Part shown: one piece after another, positions 31,401 to 41,189 of the stretch | Position numbering within the stretch: position 1 is the stretch's first letter | How the letters are laid out: the number at the start of each line of letters is the position of its first letter | Program-made: the position numbers and the translations under genes | Source of the DNA: a bacterium | Lineage (GTDB): Bacteria; Patescibacteriota; Doudnabacteria; UBA920; VMFF01 | Assembly (NCBI GenBank): GCA_021811585.1 | Contig: JAJZOG010000007.1 | Span: forward strand, 1 to 55,458 | Length of the DNA: 55,458 bases | Direction of reading: 5' to 3' | Notes under the pieces: model-generated | The model's input: only the letters and a program-made list of their open reading frames with translations | Told to the model about the DNA's origin: nothing | Databases searched by the model: none

Positions 31401-34400
31401 ACAACCTCACGCTGGACACTGATTTTATTTCCATCCTCGGAGCTGATAAAAACGAGACGGCAATTACAAGCTCTTCAACAACGCCGGCAATGGCAATTTC
31501 CGGAAACTTAACTGCAGCCACAATTTCAGGCCTCACAATTTCCAACACTTCCACAGGCGCGGGCGCAGATGCTTTGGACATAAGCGCCGGCAGCGCGCGC
31601 CTTTCGCAAAACATTATTGCCGACTCCGGCACCACAACTTCCAACGCAGTAAGCATTACCGGCGGCGCGCCGGCATTCGACGATAACGAAATTTCCGAAA
31701 GCTCTTCGGGCACGGCTGTCTCCGCATCTGCCGGAACATTTTCCAACAACACAATTTCCGCAACATCCGGAACAGCGCTTGCTTACACTGGCACAGGCAC
31801 GATATTAAATAATTTAATCTCCTCGGCAAGCAGCCAGGGAATTGCGGCAAGCACAGCTGCCAAATATCAGGATAACAATGTCAGCGCAGGCGGATATGCT
31901 GCGGCAATTTCAGCCGGCAGCCCTGTTTTCACAGGCGGCAGGTATGCAACAACAGCGGCATCCGGCGCAGCCATTTATGTTTCCGCAAACACCGCAACCC
32001 CGATTTTCTTAAACCTTGAAGCAGACGGCACTGGCACAGAATATTCCATTGATGCTGTTGCGGGCACGACAATTTCCGAAGCAAACCTTGCGCTTAACAA
32101 GGGAATAAATTATACGCATATCGGCGCAAACGATACGTATGTTGCCACTGACGCGCGCGTGCAAGTGCAAGGCAGCTCCGCAAACCCCGCGCTCTCCGTA
32201 ACCCAAACAGGCGCAGGCGATATTGCGGATTTGTTCCAGGGCGCAGACGGCCTGAAAATAGACAATCTCGGCCAAACCACTTTTACATCCGATTCCACGG
32301 CAACGAATCCGACAATAACAATCACCCAAGGCGCAACCGGCGTGGCTGCGCTTAAAGTAAACGGCAGCACAACCTTGAACGGAAACGTCTCCCTTGCTTC
32401 CACAAACCCGATAATAGACACAGCAGGCGCATCCTCAACGCTTGGCATCAACACCACGAACAACCGGCCTGTAACTTTTGGGACAGGCACTGTTACAATT
32501 CCGAATCTTGAGGTTACAAACAGCCAGACATCTGCCGGCACGTTTACAATGAATTCCAATGCCACAACCCAAAGCGTTTTTACAATAACGGCAAGCGACC
32601 TTACATCAGGCACAATGTTCAACGAAACGCTTACGGCAAATGCCGGCAACGGGCAAACAACCTCTGGACAGATAATGAACCTCACGGACGCAACAACCGC
32701 TGCCGGCGGATACACGGCATTGGCAATAAACGTAACTCCTGACGGCGGCACCGGCACCGGCAACAAATATTTGCTGTCATTGAACCCGGACACAAGCACA
32801 AGCGCAAATGAAGTTGTTTTTGATTCCAGCGGCGCGCTGCGTCCCACGACATCAGCATCGCAAAACACGAATTCAATAGGATCTACTTCGTATTATTTCC
32901 GCAACGGCTATTTTGATACTTTGACGGCAAACAATTTAAGCGGCACGGTTGTGACCGGCGCAACATCATCAACAACATGGACAATCGGCTCCACGCAAAC
33001 AGGCGATGTCAACGAGGCGCTTATTTTCCAGCGCAACTCCGGCAGCGGCAACGCGCTTTTGCAGTGGAACGCTTCAAACGGCACGCTTAACGACCAGCGC
33101 TATTTGAGCGCAAATTATCCGTTCAATGTAAATTACACTGTGGACGGCTCTTCCATCGGCGCAAATGCGGATTTGTTTTCCGGAATGCTTACGAACAATA
33201 CCACAAGCGGCACGCAGAATTTGCTTTCACTCACAAACACAGGCACAGGCACAACTGCAAATGGAATTTATATAAATAACACAGGCACAGGCACAACTGC
33301 AATTCAAATCGCAGGCACATGGGGCACAGGCATTCTCACAAACAACAATTCCATTAATGCAGGCACAGGTTCAATCACCAGCGGTTCAATTTCATCCGGC
33401 GCAATTACTTCCACAGGTGCACTCTCGGTTTTAACCACAACTTCTCCGCAGCTCACAGTAGGATACAGCACCGGAAATACTTGGACTTCCTCAACCACAT
33501 CCGCAGGAGCCACAACATTCACCTTTAACGGCACAGGATCATCCGCAACCTTCAAACCCGCAACCGACTCGGCATCAGCATTTAACTTTGAAACATCCGG
33601 CGGAACATCTGTGCTGAATGTAGATACTACTAACGGAAGAGTCGGCATCGGGACGAGCAGCCCGGGGAGGGTTCTCGATGTTGCGTCACATAATGCGGCC
33701 GATGAAACAGCTGGATTCTTTTATTCAACCACTGGTACTGGCGTGGATATATTAGGAGGGGTGGATGGTAGCCAGGTAAATCTGATTGGTACTACTAATG
33801 GCATTACCGAACCCAAGCTTCACCTCGGCTCTGGATGGACAAACCGCAATAATTCGGTTGGTCTTACTATTGATACATCTGGCAACGTCGGCATCGGAAC
33901 AACTTCTCCAACCGCAACCCTTGCCATCCAGCCCGCAGCAACATCAGCAGGAACACCGGCCACAACCGGTTCTGGCTTGCAATTGCTCGGCGCAACCTTC
34001 ACGGATAATGCCACAGCAGCATCGGGCACAGCAGCATCCTATGCCCAAGCATCCATATCACAACAAACCCTTGCAGCAACAAACACTGTCGTTACCACAA
34101 CAAATGCCTATGGCCTGAATATCCTTGGCCCTGTTACAGGCGGTACCAACGAAACCCTGACAAACTCAACTGCCCTAAACATTGCCTCAGCAGCACTTGC
34201 CAATACCACTAATGGCTATGGCCTTCAGGTAAATGCCCCTACCGGTGCAACTAATAACTATGCGGCGAGCTTTATGAATGGCAATGTCGGCATTGGAACA
34301 GTAGGACCTGGCAGTCGCCTTGTAGTTGTTGGTTCAACTTCTGACAACACTGCTAACGCTCTTGATGTGCAAAATTCAGGCAACACATCAATATTAAAAG

Positions 34401-37400
34401 TGCGAAATGATAGTTATGTAACAATTGTTGGTCAGCAGAAAACAATATATAATGGCCTAGCTTCGGAATTGGCAGCATCAACTGGGACTAATAATGTTTA
34501 TCAAAAAATAGATAATGGTACGGGGAATATTTATTTAGGTGTAGAGAATAGTGCGGGTGGTTCATTATTCACTAACGCTTCCGCATATTCCGGAGTCATA
34601 GGAACTGGCGCGAATGAGTCCCTGCATTTAGCGGCAAATAATTCTGTTGCTATGACAATTTTAGGTAGCGGCAACGTCGGAATCGGCACAACTTCTCCAA
34701 GCAGCGTATTGACTGTAACAGGAGCATCCGGCACAAGCGGAACAACAGGCACCGCTGCCACACAAGTATTGGCAATCACAGGAGGTGCCGGAGGAAACTC
34801 CAGCGCAGCAACAACAGCAGGAGGCGCAGGCGCAGCGGTTAATATAACTTCAGGAGCAGGCGGTAATTCCACAGGTGTGGCAGGAACAAACGGAGCAAAT
34901 ATCACTTTGCAAGGTGGTGCAGGCGGAACAGGTACAACCACAGGAAGCTATGGAAACATCTTACTTAACCCAACTGGTGGTGATGTGGGGATTGGCACAA
35001 CGAGCCCAACCTTTGGATTGGATGTTAATACCAGTGGCGATAATACAGGGGAAAGAATCTCATCGGGTAATGCGACAGAGTTACGTTTAGACACGACAAA
35101 TTCTTATGCGACCGCTCGAAATTACGCAATAGAAACAAACGACCTAGTGTTTGGAGATTTTAATATTATGACCAGCAACGCGTTGGGCGGTGACCCTGTT
35201 TCAGCCGGAACATCTCGGCTTTATATAAATCCTTCCGGCAACGTCGGCATCGGCACAACGAGTCCGGGTGGAAAGTTGGAAGTGAATGGCACATCACTCT
35301 TTGATTCAAATATGTCGTTTCCAATTAATGCTCCAAGCGCAGGTGGCACACAAAATATAATTAGTCAGGAAAATGTCCTACAGACCGGTGGATATTGGAA
35401 CATCCAGACAAGAGGATATGGAACGGGCAATATAGCGAGCTTTGCATTACAAACCAATAATACTAATGATTATGTGTTATTACAACCTGATGGAGGTGAC
35501 GTCGGCATCGGCACAACCTCCCCAAGCAGCGTATTGACTGTAACAGGAGCATCCGGCACAAGCGGAACAACAGGCACCGCTGCCACACAAGTATTGGCAA
35601 TCACAGGAGGCGCCGGAGGAAACTCCAGCGCAGCAACAACAGCAGGAGGCGCAGGCGCAGCGGTTAATATAACTTCAGGAGCAGGCGGCAATTCCACAGG
35701 TGTGGCAGGAACAAACGGAGCAAATATCACTTTGCAAGGTGGTGCAGGCGGAACAGGTACAACTACCGGGAATTATGGAAATATATTGTTAAATCCGAAT
35801 GGTGGTGATGTTGGGATTGGGATTACTACTCCGAGTAACATATTGTCTGTTGGTAATGATATTGGAGCTACGGTCAACCCTTCGAACACTATTGCTATCG
35901 GCAATACATCTGGTAATTCGACGCTAACAATTGGCCAGAGTAATACGAGCAGGGCAAGGGCTAGTTGGATATATAATGCGACATCCGGCAGTGCGTATGC
36001 TGTTTTTGGAGCGGTGGGGACTAATCCGCTCGATCTGCAGGATGAAGGTGGCAATGTTGGGATTGGCACAACCACACCATTGGCGCATTTAGATATAGCA
36101 GTAGGGTCTTCTAATGCCGATGGTATTTCCGTGCACGGCGGCGGTAATTCGCAATCAATATTAATCCAGCCAAATTCTTTGGTTGGCGCATTTATTGCGG
36201 GTGGCACTGCGGCTGATGGCACCAACAACGGGAATAGCGGCGATGCCGCTGGCCGCATAATTTTGCAAGCCAGCGCAAATGATGGCATGCAGTTCCAATA
36301 TTCCAACAGTACGATTGGCAACGCTACCAGAAGTTGGACAACGGGAATGGTATTGGGTACGGGCACTTATGCCGGCAACGTCGGAATCGGCACAACTTCT
36401 CCAAGCAGCGTATTGACTGTAACAGGAGCATCCGGCACAAGCGGAACAACAGGCACCGCTGCCACACAAGTATTGGCAATCACAGGAGGCGCCGGAGGAA
36501 ACTCCAGCGCAGCAACAACAGCAGGAGGCGCAGGCGCAGCGGTTAATATAACTTCAGGAGCAGGCGGCAATTCCACAGGTGTGGCAGGAACAAACGGAGC
36601 AAATATCACTTTGCAAGGTGGTGCAGGCGGAACAGGTACAACCACAGGAAGCTATGGAAACATCTTACTTAACCCAACTGGTGGTGATGTGGGGATTGGC
36701 ACAACTTCGCCCGCTGCGACTTTGGATGTCCAAAAATCCGCGGATTCGTATACGACTTTTGATGCTATAATCGGTCGCATTAGCACGGGAAAAAATTTCA
36801 CTCATTTAAGGTTGCGTGCAGGCAATGGGGGTTATACTTCAGACACGGATATCGCGGCTGCCTATCAAGGCGACACGTTTATTGGCAATAACTTTTATAA
36901 TGATGGAAACCGTGGTGCTAAATTTGATTCCTCAATGCCGGCTTGGTGGATTCGCATGGGTGGAAATGATGATTATTTCGATTTAAGCCGGACGACCACA
37001 GATTACTTAACCGGTGATGCCACTTTATTGCACATTACAAATGCCGGGGATGTGGGTATCGGCACAGCAACACCAACTAATGAGTTAGAAGTTGGCAGCG
37101 GCCAATTCGCTGTTGATACGATGGGCGCAAATCAAATTGCTTTTAATTCTGCCGGCTCATGGGGTGTGATTACTAATAATGGAAATGATGTTTGGTCACT
37201 CGGAACAGCAGCGACACCTTCATCAACAGCTACTTCGGTTTTAACTTGGAAGTTGGATGGCGATGTTGGTATTGGGACGACAAACCCTTCATATCCATTA
37301 GATATAGAGACATCAACAACCGCTTATGGCATATATGATCTTAATACATATAATCAGGCAGGAAATACTTATGCAATTCAAGGCCAAGCTGAAAATACTA

Positions 37401-40054
37401 ATGCCAGTGGTATAGCGATTGGGGTTTCTGGGGTTGCCAATAGTACGGGAAGTGTAAATGTAGGTTTGAATGGTTATGCAAGCGGCGGTACTAATAATGT
37501 ACAGTTGTGGTTAGGTTCGCTGCCATCATCTGTGAGCGCGAGTTATGGGGTTTATCAGAGCACGACCGCGCAAAATTATTTTGGCGGCAGCGTTGGTATA
37601 GGTACAGCTTCGCCCAACACCAAACTCGATGTTAATGGCACCATTTCCCAAACCGCAGCAACCCAAACCTCCGGCACCTTGGCAAACGCGCCTTCAACAG
37701 GCACGTGCACTGGCCAGGCAAACAGTTCAACCCAGGCGGTGATTGAATATGCCGGCTCTGCCGGTAGTACTATGATTTTTTATAATTCCACTCAAAGCAA
37801 GCACGCGAGAATTACTAGCGTAGCTACGTGTGTTGACGGGTCTTCAAACGACTGGGTTATTATGGCCTTAACAGATTCCATCTCCGGGCAGGCGGCTGGC
37901 AATGCTTTTACGCTTTATGTGCCTGCCGGCGATATTGGCACATCAACATCCGGCTTTGCGAATAATTTGTATGCAATTAACGGGCACTTTGTGGCTTCCA
38001 CGGTTTCCGGCGGCTTTGACGTGGCTGAGGAATATCAATCAAATGATGCGACAATTTCTTCGGGAATGCTGGTTTCAGTTGATCCGAATAATGAAAAATT
38101 CGTGCAGAAATCTTTTACGGATTATGATCCGGCTTTGCTTGGCGTTGTGTCCACTGATCCTGGCGTTACTTTGGGCGACGAGAATCACGGCATTTGGGAA
38201 AAAGTTGCTTTGAAAGGCCGCGTGCCTGTTTTGGTGACAGATGAAAACGGCGTTGTTAAGGAAGGCGATTGGCTCACTTCTTCGCCGACAATGCCGGGAT
38301 ATGCCATGAAAGCCGTTCATGGCGGCGAAGTTATTGGCCAGGCGATTTCGGATTTTGATGTTAAGGATGAATTAACATCAATTATTAACGGAATTACCGT
38401 GCACACAGGCAAGGTTGTGGTTTTCGTGAATTTGGGTTATGAAAACGTGAATAATACTTTTGTAATGGGAGATGATCCAACTTTGGCGCAGCAGGTTGCG
38501 CAAGGAACAACAACCTCGGGCGCTTCCGCATCAGGCAGCACTCTTGCCGCGCCGTCAAATTCCATGACATATATTATCCGGCAGGCAGCGCAGACATGCA
38601 CGGCAGGTACAACTTCAACTGCGACTTCAGGCACTTCAACATCTGGCGGCATTTCAACCAGCAGTGGCACCTCAACTACAACCAGCGGCACAACAACCAC
38701 ATCCTCATCCGGGACCACCGGCAGCGGCACTTCAACATCCTCATCCGGGACCACTGGCAGCGGCACTTCAACATCCTCAGGCACAACTTGCACCAATACT
38801 GTTGCCGACATTTTGCAGTTGCAATCCGGAAATGCTTTGCGCTTTATGGTTGCATCCAGCGGCGCAACAACAATTAATGCTCAGGTTGCGGATTCTTCGG
38901 CGCAAATTTTCGCCGTGAACGGCAATGGCAGCGCGGCATTCACAATCACCGCAAGCGGAAATGCTTTTGTCGGCGGCACGCTCGTGGTGAAAAAAGATAT
39001 CGCCTCGCTCGGCGCGGTTTTGGGCGCAACTTCGGTTTTGGCGCGAAATGTGGATGGCACCGCGCTTGTGCAAGGCGATGTTGTGCAGCTCGCAGCAGCT
39101 GGCGCGCAAGCAACGCCTGTTGTGGGTTCAAATCCGATACTTTCCGTGCAGCTCGCGGTTGCGGCAGCAAACCCAAGCGGCACAAGCCCGGTTGTTGTTG
39201 GAATTGTTGACCGCGATCTCTCCGCATTTGATATCCCGGGCGCGCCGGCAAGCACGTCCAGCGATCCAACCCAAGTGCCAAGTGGCGATTATCTGAACGT
39301 TATCACAGGCGGAACATTCTCGGTTGTGAATGTGGATGCCACAAGCGCGCCGGTTGCAGTAGGTGATAGGATGACATTGGATGCAAATTATCCAGGATAT
39401 TTGCGGCCAATCGGAACGGCCGATGTCGGAGCGCCGGTGGTTGGCATTGCTTTGGATAATATTAGCAGCGGCTTGGGCAAGGCAAGGATATTTATAACTT
39501 TGAATGATGGCGGCGGGTCTGGCGGCGGTGGAGGCGGAACCAGCGGTGGAACTAGCGGTGGAGGAACCAGCGGCACGACGACCAGCGGCAGCGCCACAAC
39601 AACCAGCAGCGGAACCACATCTACATCCGGCACGAGTTCAGGCACAACATCAACATCCACAGGTACGACTTCCACAGGTACCACATCAACTTCTTCCGGC
39701 ACATCTTCAACCTCAAGCGGTACAACATCAACCGGCACATCCTCAACTCTCACAACAACCGATTCCACTTCCGGCCAAAGCACCCTAACAACTACATCCT
39801 CACCCACAACCAGCAGCTCATCAACCGATACCGCGACCACTTCATCCGGTACGACTTCAACTTCCACAGGTTCAACGTCAACTTCATCCGGCACGACTTC
39901 CAGCTCGCCAACGTCAACATCAACCGGTACAACCTCCACATCAACCGGTACAACCTCAACATCAACCGGTACAACCTCAACTTCATCCGGTACATCCACG
40001 AGCGGCACATCCACAGGCACAACCTCAACTTCCACCACAACTTCAGGCACATAA
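28493..40054 (+). CDS. Giant (3,853 aa) membrane-anchored surface protein with phage-tail-fibre-like modules
   Basis: One uninterrupted ORF with these modules:
- N-terminal excisionase/MerR-like HTH (ISLAEASRISGYHQDYLGFLARTGKLAASKIGRNWVTTKEAVENF).
- TM helix (IWVTAAAALALTTTGTIVYF).
- Collagen-like GTPGPQGQPGPQGPPGPQGPQGNNG (29963-30037).
- Tail-fibre-type jelly-roll module (YSENFANSAWT...TAPDGQAASYEI...IEVWGAQIEES).
- Parallel beta-helix repeats.
- More than 10 GNVGIGTTSP motifs.
- Peptidase_G2/IMC-like FDVAEEYQS...GDWLTSS segment.
- Ser/Thr-rich C-terminal tail. Confidence 0.9.
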   Translation: MADENKNLNSDPISLAEASRISGYHQDYLGFLARTGKLAASKIGRNWVTTKEAVENFMKMPGTDAEEKNAGTVEDESGNKIPIHVQQHSAEQLSIIAQLDKLRGNVIREVAKQAAHESLAEAAAAAASATVAAASAAALTATSAAASEANKTGDASSGNNLSAVKETILRLDDNQKHEDLKNEIQKNLEQAKASLSEHVENVLKQNGHSMNVASDANGSGMSSGAGTGLGSGMGLGVSLGADAGTAETHGTEKGANFAPTLPIAPSATLAGAAVSTATSAASTSAAGVAAASTSTSATSGAPAAISLAATATSAQAAQNEKKNQSAFAAAAAPAAFAGIDAALNKPQLNLAKLFGSFASKIVLPKKIWVTAAAALALTTTGTIVYFHAFVDRQISVVYKQIAANNLSQNQMAQNNQGANGSGANGTNGSGQNSGNANEKNSSGAGSGAGSGAGTSTGNGAGNGAGSGNGAGIGSNLAYGSRTIIEKFYIQGTPGPQGQPGPQGPPGPQGPQGNNGTSSPGSYAPGSGIIYSPVFNPPLPSVTAPSAFGSTELSAQDLNISNNTNLNNVTVSGATTFQGLVTFNSQSYLSVVADTAQPAISVTQNGTGDIFDLANSTGQVLNVANNGAQTITENNSNSTPALTVNNVVSGSTGSAAVFTSAATDNANPTIEVTQDGAAAGLEVQGSTILAQTSAQTGDMLQLQNTGGSVLVREDNHGDTEQLGMINNPYGGIGSYENLLQYSENFANSAWTAQAGVSAPTQTGTAPDGQAASYEITNTTAGAGLYQQTTEAAASQTATFSVWARSVSGSQHFQIGMLEGASGSAANITATSGEPAPSNASNAASGVLSATATTTWQRFAVTSTFKSSAVGNLAAFILPGGASTGSIEVWGAQIEESAVPGVYVQTNNQTIAQGYGAVSAGQPNGPYSEVITVAKTGAEFSDVAKAYAYAKTLSPSATNQILIKIQPGTYADNLTLDTDFISILGADKNETAITSSSTTPAMAISGNLTAATISGLTISNTSTGAGADALDISAGSARLSQNIIADSGTTTSNAVSITGGAPAFDDNEISESSSGTAVSASAGTFSNNTISATSGTALAYTGTGTILNNLISSASSQGIAASTAAKYQDNNVSAGGYAAAISAGSPVFTGGRYATTAASGAAIYVSANTATPIFLNLEADGTGTEYSIDAVAGTTISEANLALNKGINYTHIGANDTYVATDARVQVQGSSANPALSVTQTGAGDIADLFQGADGLKIDNLGQTTFTSDSTATNPTITITQGATGVAALKVNGSTTLNGNVSLASTNPIIDTAGASSTLGINTTNNRPVTFGTGTVTIPNLEVTNSQTSAGTFTMNSNATTQSVFTITASDLTSGTMFNETLTANAGNGQTTSGQIMNLTDATTAAGGYTALAINVTPDGGTGTGNKYLLSLNPDTSTSANEVVFDSSGALRPTTSASQNTNSIGSTSYYFRNGYFDTLTANNLSGTVVTGATSSTTWTIGSTQTGDVNEALIFQRNSGSGNALLQWNASNGTLNDQRYLSANYPFNVNYTVDGSSIGANADLFSGMLTNNTTSGTQNLLSLTNTGTGTTANGIYINNTGTGTTAIQIAGTWGTGILTNNNSINAGTGSITSGSISSGAITSTGALSVLTTTSPQLTVGYSTGNTWTSSTTSAGATTFTFNGTGSSATFKPATDSASAFNFETSGGTSVLNVDTTNGRVGIGTSSPGRVLDVASHNAADETAGFFYSTTGTGVDILGGVDGSQVNLIGTTNGITEPKLHLGSGWTNRNNSVGLTIDTSGNVGIGTTSPTATLAIQPAATSAGTPATTGSGLQLLGATFTDNATAASGTAASYAQASISQQTLAATNTVVTTTNAYGLNILGPVTGGTNETLTNSTALNIASAALANTTNGYGLQVNAPTGATNNYAASFMNGNVGIGTVGPGSRLVVVGSTSDNTANALDVQNSGNTSILKVRNDSYVTIVGQQKTIYNGLASELAASTGTNNVYQKIDNGTGNIYLGVENSAGGSLFTNASAYSGVIGTGANESLHLAANNSVAMTILGSGNVGIGTTSPSSVLTVTGASGTSGTTGTAATQVLAITGGAGGNSSAATTAGGAGAAVNITSGAGGNSTGVAGTNGANITLQGGAGGTGTTTGSYGNILLNPTGGDVGIGTTSPTFGLDVNTSGDNTGERISSGNATELRLDTTNSYATARNYAIETNDLVFGDFNIMTSNALGGDPVSAGTSRLYINPSGNVGIGTTSPGGKLEVNGTSLFDSNMSFPINAPSAGGTQNIISQENVLQTGGYWNIQTRGYGTGNIASFALQTNNTNDYVLLQPDGGDVGIGTTSPSSVLTVTGASGTSGTTGTAATQVLAITGGAGGNSSAATTAGGAGAAVNITSGAGGNSTGVAGTNGANITLQGGAGGTGTTTGNYGNILLNPNGGDVGIGITTPSNILSVGNDIGATVNPSNTIAIGNTSGNSTLTIGQSNTSRARASWIYNATSGSAYAVFGAVGTNPLDLQDEGGNVGIGTTTPLAHLDIAVGSSNADGISVHGGGNSQSILIQPNSLVGAFIAGGTAADGTNNGNSGDAAGRIILQASANDGMQFQYSNSTIGNATRSWTTGMVLGTGTYAGNVGIGTTSPSSVLTVTGASGTSGTTGTAATQVLAITGGAGGNSSAATTAGGAGAAVNITSGAGGNSTGVAGTNGANITLQGGAGGTGTTTGSYGNILLNPTGGDVGIGTTSPAATLDVQKSADSYTTFDAIIGRISTGKNFTHLRLRAGNGGYTSDTDIAAAYQGDTFIGNNFYNDGNRGAKFDSSMPAWWIRMGGNDDYFDLSRTTTDYLTGDATLLHITNAGDVGIGTATPTNELEVGSGQFAVDTMGANQIAFNSAGSWGVITNNGNDVWSLGTAATPSSTATSVLTWKLDGDVGIGTTNPSYPLDIETSTTAYGIYDLNTYNQAGNTYAIQGQAENTNASGIAIGVSGVANSTGSVNVGLNGYASGGTNNVQLWLGSLPSSVSASYGVYQSTTAQNYFGGSVGIGTASPNTKLDVNGTISQTAATQTSGTLANAPSTGTCTGQANSSTQAVIEYAGSAGSTMIFYNSTQSKHARITSVATCVDGSSNDWVIMALTDSISGQAAGNAFTLYVPAGDIGTSTSGFANNLYAINGHFVASTVSGGFDVAEEYQSNDATISSGMLVSVDPNNEKFVQKSFTDYDPALLGVVSTDPGVTLGDENHGIWEKVALKGRVPVLVTDENGVVKEGDWLTSSPTMPGYAMKAVHGGEVIGQAISDFDVKDELTSIINGITVHTGKVVVFVNLGYENVNNTFVMGDDPTLAQQVAQGTTTSGASASGSTLAAPSNSMTYIIRQAAQTCTAGTTSTATSGTSTSGGISTSSGTSTTTSGTTTTSSSGTTGSGTSTSSSGTTGSGTSTSSGTTCTNTVADILQLQSGNALRFMVASSGATTINAQVADSSAQIFAVNGNGSAAFTITASGNAFVGGTLVVKKDIASLGAVLGATSVLARNVDGTALVQGDVVQLAAAGAQATPVVGSNPILSVQLAVAAANPSGTSPVVVGIVDRDLSAFDIPGAPASTSSDPTQVPSGDYLNVITGGTFSVVNVDATSAPVAVGDRMTLDANYPGYLRPIGTADVGAPVVGIALDNISSGLGKARIFITLNDGGGSGGGGGGTSGGTSGGGTSGTTTSGSATTTSSGTTSTSGTSSGTTSTSTGTTSTGTTSTSSGTSSTSSGTTSTGTSSTLTTTDSTSGQSTLTTTSSPTTSSSSTDTATTSSGTTSTSTGSTSTSSGTTSSSPTSTSTGTTSTSTGTTSTSTGTTSTSSGTSTSGTSTGTTSTSTTTSGT
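34670..35001 (+). repeat. Intragenic repeat R1 (332 bp)
   Basis: Differs from 36374-36705 at 2 positions (ggaggTgcc vs ggaggCgcc; ggcggTaat vs ggcggCaat). Confidence 0.9.
35498..35764 (+). repeat. Intragenic repeat R2 (about 267 bp highly similar, then diverging)
   Basis: It shares the R3 variants. Protein-level similarity continues (GNYGNILLNPNGGDVGIG). Confidence 0.85.
36374..36705 (+). repeat. Intragenic repeat R3 (332 bp)
   Basis: See R1. Confidence 0.9.
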
Positions 40055-40264
40055 TCTTAAATGCAAATTAAATTTTTTCGAATTTCATGTGTATAACTTA
40101 GTGGCAAAAAGCGTAATTTTCCGGTATAATTCGAGTATAAATTACCGTCTCAATATCCATGGAATTTAGGAAATAAAAAATGAAGAATGCGAAATAAATA
40201 TAGCGGAAATATATAGAGCGCGAAATAAAGCACGGAATAAATACAAATCGCGAAATAAATACAA

Positions 40265-41101
40265 ATGCAGTTTAAAATAAAAATTTCAAAAGTAATGATT
40301 TTTGCCGCGGCGTTTTATGCCTTGCAAGGGCTTTTGAATTTTGGCGCGCAAGCGAATTTTTCGAAAATGTTTTCCGCGGCCGCGCGTTTTCCCGCGCCGA
40401 ATTTTTCTGCTTCCAAAATTTCTTTGGAACAAAACGGCCTAAATTTTTACAGGTCAAATGGCTCAAATTTTCCGGCTTTGACAATGAATCAAAACGCGTT
40501 TTTTGGAATAAGCCAAGGCATGGCCCTGGCAATAAACCAAAATACCGGCCAAAGAGCCGTGGAATTAAAAGTGGTCCAGCCCTCAAGTTTACAAATTGCG
40601 CCGGATAGTTTTGCGCTTGATGAAATTCAAGGTCACAATACTTACAGCGATTCACATTTGCAGGACTCCTCGTATTTTGGCTTTTCGTATGCGGGCTCGA
40701 ATTATAAGCCATCCGCATTGATGCCTGCGAGTGCAATTGCCATTTCAAATTCATCTCCAAATCCAGCTTCAAATACAGCGTTAAATTCAGCGGACGAACA
40801 AATCCAATCATCGCGCCAGCAAGATATTTTTGTGATTAATTTGCAGGACAACAGGGAAATTTTTATTTTTGATTCCCAGGCAGATCAGGAGCAGATGGAT
40901 GCCTATGCATTCGGGCAAAGCCCATCAAGCCAGCAGAGCGCTTTTGCAGGCGGATTTAACTTCAGATATGCACATGAGGAAAACTTCTATTCAAGTGATG
41001 CTTTGGCAGAAAAAATATCAGGCAATTATGCGTTTGCCTCGGCAAACCATTTGCCCGCATCCGAGGTTAAACTTTCATTAATTCAAATTTGGCGGTGTTG
41101 A
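40265..41101 (+). CDS. Hypothetical secreted protein
   Basis: 278-aa ORF with a signal-like MIFAAAFYALQGLLNFGAQA. The alternative start is at 40295. Confidence 0.55.
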   Translation: MQFKIKISKVMIFAAAFYALQGLLNFGAQANFSKMFSAAARFPAPNFSASKISLEQNGLNFYRSNGSNFPALTMNQNAFFGISQGMALAINQNTGQRAVELKVVQPSSLQIAPDSFALDEIQGHNTYSDSHLQDSSYFGFSYAGSNYKPSALMPASAIAISNSSPNPASNTALNSADEQIQSSRQQDIFVINLQDNREIFIFDSQADQEQMDAYAFGQSPSSQQSAFAGGFNFRYAHEENFYSSDALAEKISGNYAFASANHLPASEVKLSLIQIWRC

Positions 41102-41189
41102 TAAGGTGTGTAATCGGCTTGATTAACTTTTTTAATCTTTAACAAAAGATTAATTTCGCAACGAATAATTAATTTAAATTTAATCTCAT

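Noticed and set aside
28556-40052. Dozens of tracked antisense or alternate-frame ORFs inside the giant gene (e.g. 32110..32868, 35773..36366, 39388..40050)
   Set aside because: All are embedded in the single 11.6-kb ORF. They have Pro/Val/Ala-rich mirror-image compositions typical of the antisense of Gly/Thr/Ser-rich coding DNA.
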